The notes under the pieces were generated by a model. The model worked only from the letters and a program-made list of their open reading frames with translations. It had not been told where the DNA came from and ran no database searches. From Takakia lepidozioides (Eukaryota > Plantae > Bryophyta), in contig JAKLZA010000262.1 of assembly GCA_030704615.1 (NCBI GenBank), positions 1 to 23,000 of the forward strand: DNA of 23,000 bases, in the 5' to 3' direction. How positions within the stretch are numbered: position 1 is the stretch's first letter; every line of letters begins with the position of its first letter. Positions 10,019 through 21,265 of this stretch are shown here, one piece after another. The position numbers and the translations under genes were made by a program.

Positions 10019-13000
10019 TTAATCTTGAAAATCATCGGAATCCTCATCCTGTTCTAGACTGTCCTGCTCCTCCTCCACCCCCTCAGTGCCTCTCTCATCT
10101 CCAGCGGACTGCTCGTTGGCCAGGCTTTCGAAAATCCCATCTTCCCCTTGCGGAACTGTCCATCTCACCTCCGTTGGGTCGTCTTCCTCCCTGTCTGCGT
10201 CGCTCTCATCCGCTGAATCACATATGTACTTTCGTACCCGTCTACCTGTCTGAGCTGCTGCCAACTCTTTCCTTATCCTTCTGTCCTCCCTAGCCCTCTC
10301 CAAAATCTGCTCTACTTTACTGGGATTCTCACTTCTTCTAATCGCTGTATTTGCGAGTTTAGCTGCATAACTAGGAAGGGAGTAGTCCCTCACCGGGCTC
10401 GTCATGAAGTCGGCCCTCGCAAAGAACGGGACATTCTTCCTGGCAGGAAGTGTAGGCCCTACATGTTTCGACCCGGACCCTGCAATCCTGCACATGACAA
10501 TCATCAACGAGACTAATGAGAACCACAGTCGGGAAATTCCTTTGACATAAATGACCCAGAAGGCTTTGCAAACTTACAATGTTTGCACTCACTCGTATTC
10601 CGGGTTCTCCTCTGCATCAATGTCCACTGTGTCTTCCTCGGACTCCGACGAATCCGAGGAGACTTCCGCTCTGTCGGGAGCCTTCACATTCCGTTGCAGC
10701 CCCTCCAGATGGGATCCCCACACGGATGAATCCTCCTCGTAGGCAAAGAGGTGCCGGTCGGAAAACCGCCCAGCCCACATTGAGGCACCTGTTACAATGC
10801 CATCCACACATTACCACATGGCGCTTCAGATGTTGCGAACTACATCCTAACGAGAATTTGCAGAACAGCAGAGATCAAGATTCTGCATACCTGTCCCACA
10901 GATGAGGTCCAGCACTGTGCCCTCCACGTCTGTGCATGTCTCCATAATTGTCTGAATGAAGGCAGGGCTCCGAGTCCGTGAGTACCGCAGGGGTTCCGTT
11001 GAAGTGAGGCTATGAGGGAGAAGTTCCTTGGGAACGTTGTTGAACAGAACGTCGTAATCGAGTGGGTCGCAGTTCGGGTCAACCTTTCCTCCCTCCTTCC
11101 GGAAAGCAAAGGTGGAGTTTTCCTTCACAAAGCAGTATGCATCGAACTGCTTCGTCTGCATACACAGGGGGAAAACGATTAGAAACCGAATGCGGCACCG
11201 CATTTGAAAGCACCCAAGCAAATGAATGGACGAGTGCCAGTGTCGTAATCACCTTCTTCCCTTCCGACCGAAGGCCCAGTGTGTTGATGCACGTCCACTT
11301 CTTTTTCAGAATCGGGACGGCGCTCTTGCGGGTCCACTTCGCAATTCCTGTCTGAGTGTTTTTTCCTCTGCTCGCCAGGACAACCACACAGCCTCTGTCG
11401 TCCAACACCATGCGGGCAAGCCCGAATCCTTTCTTCCAAAAGTCCTCCGAGTACCTGTTCCAAGATGGCAAAGCTTGCAGTCCTTCCACAGGCTCTCCGT
11501 CCGGAATATCCAAGATGATCATATCGCAAGACCACTCGGTGGCATTTCCGCCCCTCCTACAATCCTTGTCTGCACACACCCTCTCAAAGAACGAGACCAT
11601 ATTCTGAAATCCTGGGGTGTCGGAAGGCTCTTCGGCAGTCGCCTTCTTCAGTGCTCTGCCCTTCAGACCCTCCATGGTCTTCATGTATGCCAACTTGGCT
11701 GCCCGTCCATCCAAAGCCGCCAAGAAACTCTCATTTACACACTGGACTACAGTTTCGGGAGCCACTTTCGGCCTCTTCATTTCCACCGGCTCGAAAGGGT
11801 GCCCCCCTGGGGGTTGAAGAGTGCCTTCTTTGCCGAGCCAGTTCTCGTGCCTCTCGTGACAACGGTGGGCACAGGGGAGGCAGCCTGCGTTTGGGGGGTG
11901 GGCTGGTTGCAAAGTCTCCATCGGAGTCCTCTTCCTCACCCTCTTCCTGAACAGGCTGTTTCTGCTTCTTCGTTTTGGCGGGTGTCACAACAGCTGCTCC
12001 TTGCTGGCGAGTCCTCTTCTTCGACCCCTTCTGTTGGGCCTGCACAGCTGCATCCACCGTCTTTTGTGCCATCTCAGCTGCCTTTCTGGATTCTTCCAGA
12101 GCAGCAGATTCCTTTGCCGACTTTGGCCCAGCAGGGACACGTCTTTCCTTTCTCTTCTCTTCTGCCAAGGCGTGCAGATCTTTCTCAGACTCGTCAACAA
12201 TACCGCCAGACATGTCCAGGTACCACGGGCATCCAACGAGATGCGCGGGATGCCATTGTTTCTGCATCTCGGGTGTGTAGACACAGCTTGGGCCCGCCAC
12301 GGTCCAAGCCATGAAGAACGGGGGCTCTTGAGCCAGGGCCCCTGTCTGAAGGAGCACGTATTTCATATACCTGCAAGGCAGTCAGCATGCGTGAGCAAAA
12401 CTTGAGACCAACCTACTGGCAGAGTGCCACCGAAAACATAAAATGCGAATGCGGTGCCGCATTTCCGAGACAAACCTCGTAACCAGGCTTCGCATACAAG
12501 GGCAGCTGTGCTTCACCTGTAAACAATTCGCATTGCAGCTTTCCCCGCTCCCTCCTGATGTGTAAACTCCACGCTCCTTCTTGCTGTCTGTAGCTCTCTG
12601 GCGAAAAGGTTGTCCTTGTACGCACATCTGAAACGTGTCACGTAGTCTTCCAATGTCTGTGTTCCATCCCATTTGACGTACAAGCCGAACGAATTTGTGT
12701 GCATTACGACTTGCTCCTTTGCATTCGACATTACCTGCCATTCCCAAATGCATTGTCACGTAGCAGTTCAGGGAATTCATGTCAGAAAAGCAAATCTGGG
12801 GAAGTACCTTGAATTACCTGGAACCACCAAGTCATACGGTTGAGCCACACATCCACTGCAGGGTCGGAAACTTCCAGTGGAAAAGACCACATATGTCCTT
12901 ATGCTCTCGATGCATTCCAGATCGACAGCCACCGTGTCTGCCATTTCCGAATCCTGTCATTGGCTGGAAGAGAGTGGCTATTGCTAAAAGGAAATTCAGT

Positions 13001-15224
13001 GCATTGAAACCTCACCTTCTCTTTCGCCTCCACACATGCCGTTGAGGAGTGATTCTTTTTCTCCAATTGCATGGTCGGCTGCATGGCCCGAGATAGTGTT
13101 TTGCAATCTCGGGGATGAAGTCCTTTCCAAGTGCCCGGATCTGCAATTGCCACCAGCTCACAAGCTTTGACTTGTATTTGGTTCTGGACTTGACACCGGC
13201 TTTCCTTCAAGTGCTCAGTCAATGACTGGCAACGTTTTGACCTGCCCCTCACTTTCCATGAAGAAGCGTTTGGCATGGGCCAATCCAGCTTGATGTTTGA
13301 CTGCCAACAAAAACATGCAGAAGCGTTACATTCGATTCATGTGGAAACATTACTGGAAATTGGGGAAGGATGAGCAGAGGGAAATTGGAGCACGACTTAC
13401 TTACTTCGTATATCACACCTCCACCATTCCATCCATAGTGAGACGATACCATGTCCGGTCTGTTTTGCAACGGCTTTCTGAATGAGCTCCGGGCTCCAGC
13501 ATTTCCGCAAACATCTGCGGATCAGTGAGACCAGTTTTTCCTCACCCTGTACAGCATATGTGCCATGTGGGTATGCACGTACGCATTCTCAGTGACCCTG
13601 CAAGGCACACTCTCCAGTTCAGTACACGGAAGCACGGAATCAAACCAGAATGGAAACCGAAATGCGGCACCGCATTTCGAATGTGCTAGGGAGGGTATGA
13701 GTATCTTACGAGTTGAGGTCCGCCATGGCATTCTTGAGGAGGGAGGAGTCTGCCGCCTTCACCTTGAGGATGACACACTCCACCATGTAATGCCAGCCAA
13801 TGTGCTTGGCATGGTTCTGCTTGATGTACTCCCACCAGGCGAGAAGTCGGTGATTTCCGTCCCACACAAAGAACATTTTTCCCGACATATGGCCGAAGTC
13901 GGATCACCCTTCAGCGTCGCCTCGAATTCGTGGTTGCGAGTGTGCCAGTGGGTATCCCACGTTGACAATTCATCGGCAGTGGGTCCACGTTTTCGCCGTC
14001 CTCATTCTCATGGAAACGTAAAACGCTGCCGATCCCAGACGGACCCTTCTCGAAATGCGAACTTGAGCTTATCCACATCTCCGGGAAGGGCCTGCCTGAC
14101 GATGGGAAGGGAGACCATGCGACAGAGTGGGATTCGAAGAGTCCGCTGGAATACCCTGCTGCCCAGAACTCTGCCAATGCTACTGTGTTCTCCTCCAACA
14201 TTTTATCCGCTGCACTTTTTGAAATCCTCCGGAGACATGTCTGTAGGTGCCGGTAGTGGCTGAGCTGGAGCATCCTCAACTGGAGCTGCACTCTGGGGCC
14301 TGTGTGCGGGCAATTCTGCCACTTGCAGAGGCCTCCTCCGGGCCTGCTTGCTCATCGGTGGTGAGGTCTGCCTGCGAACGTTCAGCGGCAGCACCCTCCT
14401 CCGGTACCAAATCGAGATCAACGGTCGATCCCATTGCCTTCGCTGCAGCAGAGTCGGCCCCAACATCTGCAGGCGGGAAATCCTCCAGGAACTGAGCTTC
14501 AGCTCGTGGAAGCGGTTTTGCGGGAGATTGTTCGCCCGTCGCCCTGATTGCCTTCTGCTTCCTCATCCTTGCAGGTGAAGGTGTCTGCTGCAATTGAATC
14601 TGTCTTCTACCCTGCTGCTTCATTCGCGTTGGGGGGGTGAATCGGCCTGAGCCGGTTCAGAAGCCAGTAGAGGGACGGCTTCTTCTTCTTCGACTTTGCT
14701 GGAGAAGGGCCCGACCCCTGCTGGCGATTCTCCATGATCGAAGAACGCGAGTCGATCTCTGGACTTTGAACTTGCCCTTCGAAGACGCGTCTTTGAATCG
14801 CAGAGGGCTAGGCCCGGCAGGAGTACCCGCGCTCGGGGATCGGGTGGGTGTACGTGCTGCAGCTAGCTCCTCGGACTCTTCCTGCGGCTCTTCGGATTCC
14901 TGCGATCCCTCCAGCACGTCCACCTTTCCTGTTAGGCATGCAAACATGTTCTGCATTCAAGTCTCCTAGCATTCAGTCTAAGAATTACAGAAGCAAAATG
15001 GGGGGTTCGGTGCTCGATCAGCTGCGCGCAGCCCGATCGCATGGAGCTCTCACTGGTGGCTGGGTTGCCTGAGTGGCCTGCTGCTCGGAGATGGCAATCT
15101 CCTCCTGTAGACGCATCTGCTTCCTCCCCTTCGGCATTGGCCTACGTCCGAAGTATAATTTCCGGAGCTTGCGACGAGGTCTCCTGTCTGGTGCACGAAC
15201 TCCCCCCCTCTCAGGTTCGAGCAT
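10019..15224 (-). CDS. Multi-exon gene: low-complexity N-terminus, ParB/Sulfiredoxin-like domain, central domain, beta-class amino-DNA-methyltransferase-like domain, acidic tail (several frameshifts; start uncertain)
   Basis: FFVWDGNHRLLAW (DGNHR 13847-13861); CDMIILDIPDG (motif IV-like, DIPD 11499-11510); TVLDLICGTG|ASMWAGRFSDRHLFAYEED (motifs I-II, joined across intron 10789-10890). Frame-preserving GT-AG introns at 10488-10592, 10789-10890, 11156-11252, 12371-12516 and 13598-13709. Confidence 0.75.
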
Positions 15225-15564
15225 AAGAAGAACAGAGAGAGGGAAAAGGGGCAAAGAGTGCAGATGGAAAGGGCGCGAGAGGGGTGACTGAGGAGACACG
15301 ACAAAAGTAGATGAAACGGCGGTGATGCACCACTTGGGTTCGAAAGGTTGGACGAAAGTGTCTCCTCGTGGAGTTTGCGTCATTACGAAATTCGATCGTT
15401 GAGGGCCCCCGTCCGAAAAACAAACATCATTATCCAACGGTCAGGCCGCGCCGCCTCATGCCCCTTCAGTCAGATAGAGTGCCGACATGTGCAGCAATTC
15501 CGTTGCTCCACGTGTTCACATTTCAAGCATTTCCGTCCCAGCGTCTGATGAGTTGGAGCGAGAA

Positions 15565-17225
15565 ATGCGAATGCGGCGCCGCATTTCCGTTAAGTACCAT
15601 CACGCTACACATCCGTACTTGTTGGAAGAAAATGCGGCACCGCATTTCCGTTCCACCTTCACATACCTTAGTTGTTGAACGGAAATACGGTGCCGCATTT
15701 CCGTCCCACAGCTCCATGTATGAGATTCAAAGGGAAATGCGGCGCCGCATTTCCGTTCCCACTTCACATACGTTAGTTGATGAATGGAAATGCCGTGCCC
15801 ATTTCCGTTCGGGAAAGTATAGAGGTCTCACCTGGACAGAAATGCGGTGTCGCATTTCCGGTCTGGAAAGGTTGAAGGTCTCACATGGATGGAAATGCGG
15901 CAACACATTTCCGTAGCACAGCTCCAGGCCGAATATACAAAACGGAAATGCGGCGCCGCATTTCCGTTCGAGAATGTCGGAAGGTGCGACCGAACGGAAA
16001 TGCGGTGCCGCATTTCTGTACCCGTTGCGCACGATTTTCAGTCAGAATGGAAATGCGGTACCGCATTTCCGTTCTGTAGAGTATTAACGTCTGACGCTGG
16101 CGGAAATGCCGCATTTTCGTTCCACAGCTCCATGCCTCACATACAAAACGGAAATGCGGTGCCGCATTTCCGTTTTGGAATGTCGGATGGTGGGACTCCG
16201 ACGGAAATGCGGTACCGCATTCAATTCCGATGTTTCAGGATATTTCATCAGAACGGAAATGCGGTGCCGCATTTCCCTTTTAAATCTAATACATTCCGTT
16301 CTGAATGTTGGGAGGTGCGACTCGGATGGAAATGCGCTGCGCATTTCAGTTCCGATGGTTCAGATTTTCAGTCAACGGAAATGCGGTGCCGCATTTCCGT
16401 TCTGGAATGATGGTAGGTGCGACTCGGATGGACCGCATTTCAGTTCCGATGGTTCACGATTTTCAGTCAGAACGGAAATGCGGTGCCGCATTTCCGTTCT
16501 GGAATGTCGACATGGAAATACGGTGCCGCATTTCAGTTCAGATGTTCACGATTTTCAGTCAGAACGGAAATGCGGTGCCGCATTTCCGTTCTGGATAGTG
16601 TGAATGTCTCAACCGGTCGGAATTGCGCTGTATGAAGCTGTCGGAATCTTACTCGGCTCCAGGCATCAGATACAAAATGGAAATGCGGCGCCGCATTTCC
16701 TTTATGGAATGTCGAAAAGTGCGACTCGACGGAAATGCGGTGCCGCATTTCTGTTCCCGTTGTTCATAATTCTCAATCAGAACGGAAATGCGGTACCGCA
16801 TTTCCGTTCCACCTTCACATACCGTGCTTGTTGAATGAAATGCGGTGCATTTCCGTTCTCGAGAGTATGAATGTCTTTTAAGGACGGAAATGTGCTGCAG
16901 CATTTCTATCCCTCAGCTCCATGCATCAGATACAAAATGGAAATGCGGCGCCGCATTCCCGTTCTGGAATGTCGAAAAGTGCGACTCGGACGGAAATGCG
17001 GTGCCGCATTTCTGTTCCCGTTGTTCATAATCTCAATCAGAACGGAAATGCGGTACCGCATTTCCGTTCCACCTTCACATACCGTGCTTGCTGGATGGAA
17101 ATGCGTTACCGCATTTCCGTTCTGGAGAGTATAAAGGTTTCCCCCGGACGGAAACTCGGTGCCGCATTTCCGTCGCTCTGTTGCATGACCAAGATGCAAT
17201 ACGGAAATGCGGCGCCGTATTTCCC
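15565..17225. repeat. Palindrome array B: ~31 copies of the 22-bp palindrome, 52-53-bp period, ~260-bp higher-order repeat
   Basis: Half-site starts at 15632, 15685, 15737, 15790, 15842, 15895, 15948, 16000, 16053, 16106 ... 16683, 16735, 16788, 16840 ... 16943, 16996, 17048, 17101, 17154, 17207; lies between the divergent genes. Confidence 0.97.
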
Positions 17226-17653
17226 GTCCACCAGCAATCGAAGAATCACTCGGACGGGAAATCTGGAACCTCAATGGGTTGCATTGTTCCGAAACAACAC
17301 AATTGCGGCCAGTCTTGATGAGCACAACTTGGTTGTCTGACCGTTTTAACCAGCAGTCCTGGCACTTGTCAGTGCGAACGTTCCTGTCTGCACCGAGAAT
17401 ACTGCTGGATCCACCCTCAGGAGAAACTGTCAGGAGATGTTATTTCGTCGCCGAATCGGCCATCATTGTCCTACTACTCACTGGCTATGGAATCAAACCT
17501 CCCACCTTCATGCATGTAGCTTGAAACAATACTTTCCACTTCAATGTGCGACTTCCAATTGTCGATGGACTCCGCAGATCCACTTAGATGGTGCCTGTGA
17601 GCCTTGGTCTGTCGCTATACTGAACCTCGCACTTGCCAACTCCGTGCGGTGTT

Positions 17654-20600
17654 CGATGGCTCCGAATTCCTACGCTATAGTTTGCTGTCCTCCGCAACTT
17701 GGGAGAGCCTGGATCCCAAACGAGGGAGGACTTTGCAGAGTGACTGAAACTTACCTTTGTTCCAAATTCAAGCTCAAACCGGGCACAGTTTATTTGGAAG
17801 AAGAAAGGAAGGATGTTCCTGGACAGGTTGACGAGACCATTGTCGTGCTAGGTAACGACGGAGGTTGCGGAATCGAATGGGCACGTTCCCCCGTCAGACA
17901 CCATCCTGTACCGAGCTGTGGGAATGCCCATTCCCTTTCCGAATCAGTCGCTGCCCACACCATCCACAAAGGAGTCCGGAAACCGAGAGGCGGCCACTGC
18001 CAACAGAGAGGTATGCAACGATAATCATTCCCGACCTGGACCGTCAAGACCCTCCATAGCTTCTCGTGTGGACGTATTCGACATTTCCGACGAGGAAGAT
18101 GATTGCATTGAGGTACCCATGTCCTCCACACGGTCGTTCAAATCCGGCATGGACGTCTCTGTAGGTGCTACGCATGTGCCCTCGAGCATAACTCCAACCC
18201 GGTCCATTGTGCAGCTCCTACGACAACATCACCTCGATGGTTCTCGCTCCGAGCTGGCTGCTCTCGACTATGCCAAATTCCCAGTCAGAAAGGTAACTTT
18301 TCTGCCTCCCGAAGTCGATGGCAATGTCATCTTCGAGTTTCCACCTGTTTCTTCGTCAAAGAAAGCCTCCGGGATGTTAACAGACATGGATCGAAAGCAT
18401 GACGGACACCCCTGGTGTGTGACGAAGACCAGTAGCACGAAAATTGCTGATGGTGTTCGTGTACGATATGTCCTCTGTGCGGGGAAGCTGAGGTGCCTCA
18501 ATCCCACCTGCTTCCACTTTCTCTCCAAAGGAGGGCGGAGAAACGAGACGGATTGGACTGGCACAACGCATCATCCATTCATTGTCTCCAGCCAAGCTCC
18601 TGCGGGTTCTTTCAAGTGTGCACATTGCAAAGAACCACCGACGTGCATGTCCATGTGCAGAGCCAAGCAATATTACGTAATCCATTTGCTCCCGGACTTG
18701 ACTAGAGCTTGCATACACGTTGGGGTCCACTGCCACCCCTTGGCGAGAGGCAACATGCGTGAGGCTGTGCAGGAAGCACACGACATCATAAAAGAGGAGG
18801 TGAAATTGAGCCCCGGAGCCAGAGACCAAAGCAGATTCAGCTGAAGGCAGCCCACAAGATTGCTCTTGGCAAAATCATGTCTGAAGATGGTTCCGACCGA
18901 GAGCCCTTGACCGAAGACGAGATGCGTGACCTCTTGGAGTCCGTCTCGCACGTTTGTAGTCCGAATGTGCGGAATCACATCGTATCTTGCAAGCAGGAGT
19001 TCGCAGGGGGTCGGACATGTACTCAATCCTGGAGGTGAAACGAATGACTGGATATGACTACATCCAAGGTAGCAGGTTTCCAGGGCAAGGCAGCGAATCC
19101 GATCGTTGTTACATTTTCAAAATGTCGACGTGTGGGCCTGGGAGTGGAGTCGACTTGGTCACTCGCATGACAACTGGAAACTTGTCGAATGCTTGGGTGA
19201 TGTTTGATCACATCAAGCGAATTACAAACCATCAGTGGGTGACTATGGGTGCGCATGTTTATGACTATCACTCCAAGAGGCTCATGACGATTGCAATCTG
19301 CGAGATGAAAGGGGAGGACACACAGTCCGAGATGCATCTGTGGGAGGGCATAAACCAGCAGATGGCAAGGGCGGGATTGCCAGAGCCCAATTTCAGGGGA
19401 TTCATGGCAGACAACGCTCAGGCCAACTGGGCAGCGGTGCGGCGTGTGTACGGTGAGGACCCCAATGTTCCAATGGAGGGGAAAGAGAGATCCTGTGGAT
19501 TCCATTGGATGCAGAGTCTATCCCACTACACTACCAAATTTGTTGCTAGCTCATTCCAGGCTGAACACCGTGTCCTTTGTACGGCGTGGAAGGATGCACC
19601 CACATTTGATGACGCGGAGGTTAAGTTTGCTATCATCGAGGCTTGGTGGAACACGTCAGGTGCAGTGGAGACAACCAATCTGGGAGCATTGCACAGCTGG
19701 TTGGGGTGGTGGCATTTTCGGTATCGACAGTTCGGACAGTACATGCGGGAGGTAGGCTGCTGTCATTTTCGTTCATTTGTCTTTCTGTTACGGACATTTC
19801 GATTGGTCCCTCACCGTTGTTTGTGTCCTTCTAGGAGCGGTGCTTGGATTCCGACACGGACATGCCGAACACGAATATGGCAGAATCGGTCCACTCCTCC
19901 TGGCGCGTCGTCTTCTGCCGCACATCTGGTGGACGTAGTGACGGCCACAACGGAGGACATCGACAGAGCAATCATGCAGCAAGCCACGTACTACAAGTTC
20001 CTGAGCGGCAAACAATGGGGCTTTGGGCCGGACAGGGAGGAATTGTTGGTACGAACAGCTTCGAGGTCCAAGAATCCAGTGAAATGGGCGACAGCATTGC
20101 GAGAGAAGATCAAAGGGACGCCTCTGCACCGCAGAGGTGAACACCTAGAGGGGGACGTCCGGACTCGCCCTGTCAGGCGGAGGATTGAAGAGGAACCCGG
20201 GTGCGAAGAGGATTCCTGGAGATCCGACAGGAACATTCGGACAGCACCTCGAGGTCCCGTCATGTTGCCGCACAATGTGTCTTCCAGCAGTGGAAGCCCA
20301 AGAAATTCCAGATCGCCGTCGCCTTCAACCGGGGATTTCGTGCAACAAATTCCCACCGCTCCCTTGCCCCACATTCCGCCCGCTGTTATGCAGTATGGCC
20401 AAGCCATTGTGGAGACGACTGTGTCTGCCTCACAGTGGAGAATTGCTCGCACAAAGCCGTCGTTTCGAGGAAGGTGTTTCCGCAATTCGTGTGGATACAC
20501 GGCAACGTTGTTTAGAGATGATAAGGAGGAATCCAGATGGGGCTGTCCCTGCTCCTACTTTTACAGGAAGATTTGTCCATGCAAAGTTTGCGGAGGCGAC

Positions 20601-21265
20601 AACCACCCAGTTCTGGTTCTGCAGGCACGACATTATGACTTGCGTGTATGGAAAGCCCAAGTACGGCATACAGACAATGCCAGAGGCTCCCCCGGTGTGG
20701 CCGGTGGAACCAGGCTGCGATCTGAGTCAGGTTGAGGCCGACGCCCTTACCGCCGCAGGATTTCGGATGGTGCAGCGCACTGACGTCCCAGACAACCATT
20801 TCCGCTTCCACAGCTCCACCACCGACCCCTGTGAGAGCAAGAACAATGGGACACGACAGCTCTAAGCATCCTACACACCGTTGGGGGAAACCGAAGAGGC
20901 GGCGACCTCCCTCAAAAGTGAACGAGACAAGGATGGGGAATGCACTTCGGATGAACTGTACAATCCAGAGCTCGACAGAAGTGCCCCCACCAGGATTCGG
21001 GCGTGTGTATCAGATGGCCACGGCGGGCTCAGCTGTTCGCAATGAGGTGTACACCATCACCATTTCAGAATTACCCACCTGCAATTGCACCGACTTCCAG
21101 ATCATGGCGAACAAGGGGGCATCATACTGCCCTTGCAAGCATTTGTACTACGTGTACCTAAAGAGACTCCGTTGTAATTCCACAACTCATCACTTCATAC
21201 ATGCACCAGGGTTGAGCCCCCAGGAGGTTCACACTCTTCTGAATATGGATCCAGGGGACCAGTGA
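17654..21265 (+). CDS. MULE-family DDE transposase with N-terminal GCM/WRKY-like Zn domain and C-terminal SWIM finger (one intron, several frameshifts; start approximate)
   Basis: D in VMFDH (~19206), D in FMADNAQA (~19410), CGFH (CxxH, ~19494), E in TNMAES (~19883) after intron 19752-19834; SWIM CNCTDF...CPCKH (21080-21142); N-terminal W...CAGKLRCLNPTC...CAHC...C...GVHCHP (~18410-18740). Confidence 0.85.

Noticed and set aside
11226-14263. Long plus-strand ORFs 11226..12314 and 13565..14263
   Set aside because: Antisense shadows of the minus-strand ParB-MTase gene, with no motifs of their own.
10019-15224. Bacterial or phage contamination (ParB-MTase)
   Set aside because: The gene has frame-preserving GT-AG introns, one splitting motif I, and lies among plant-type transposons.
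15565-17225. CRISPR array (palindromic repeat plus ~30-bp spacers)
   Set aside because: Spacers recur as a higher-order repeat, repeats are degenerate and also scattered in introns, there are no cas genes, and the context is eukaryotic.
15368-17524. Numerous ORFs with EMRRRIS/KCGAAF/GNAAPHF motifs (also 9078-10057)
   Set aside because: Translation artefacts of the stop-free palindrome in all six frames.
17654-21265. Zisupton/KDZ-type transposase (because of SWIM and Cys clusters)
   Set aside because: The D..D..CxxH..E spacing and the D...A...A...V context fit MULE better.
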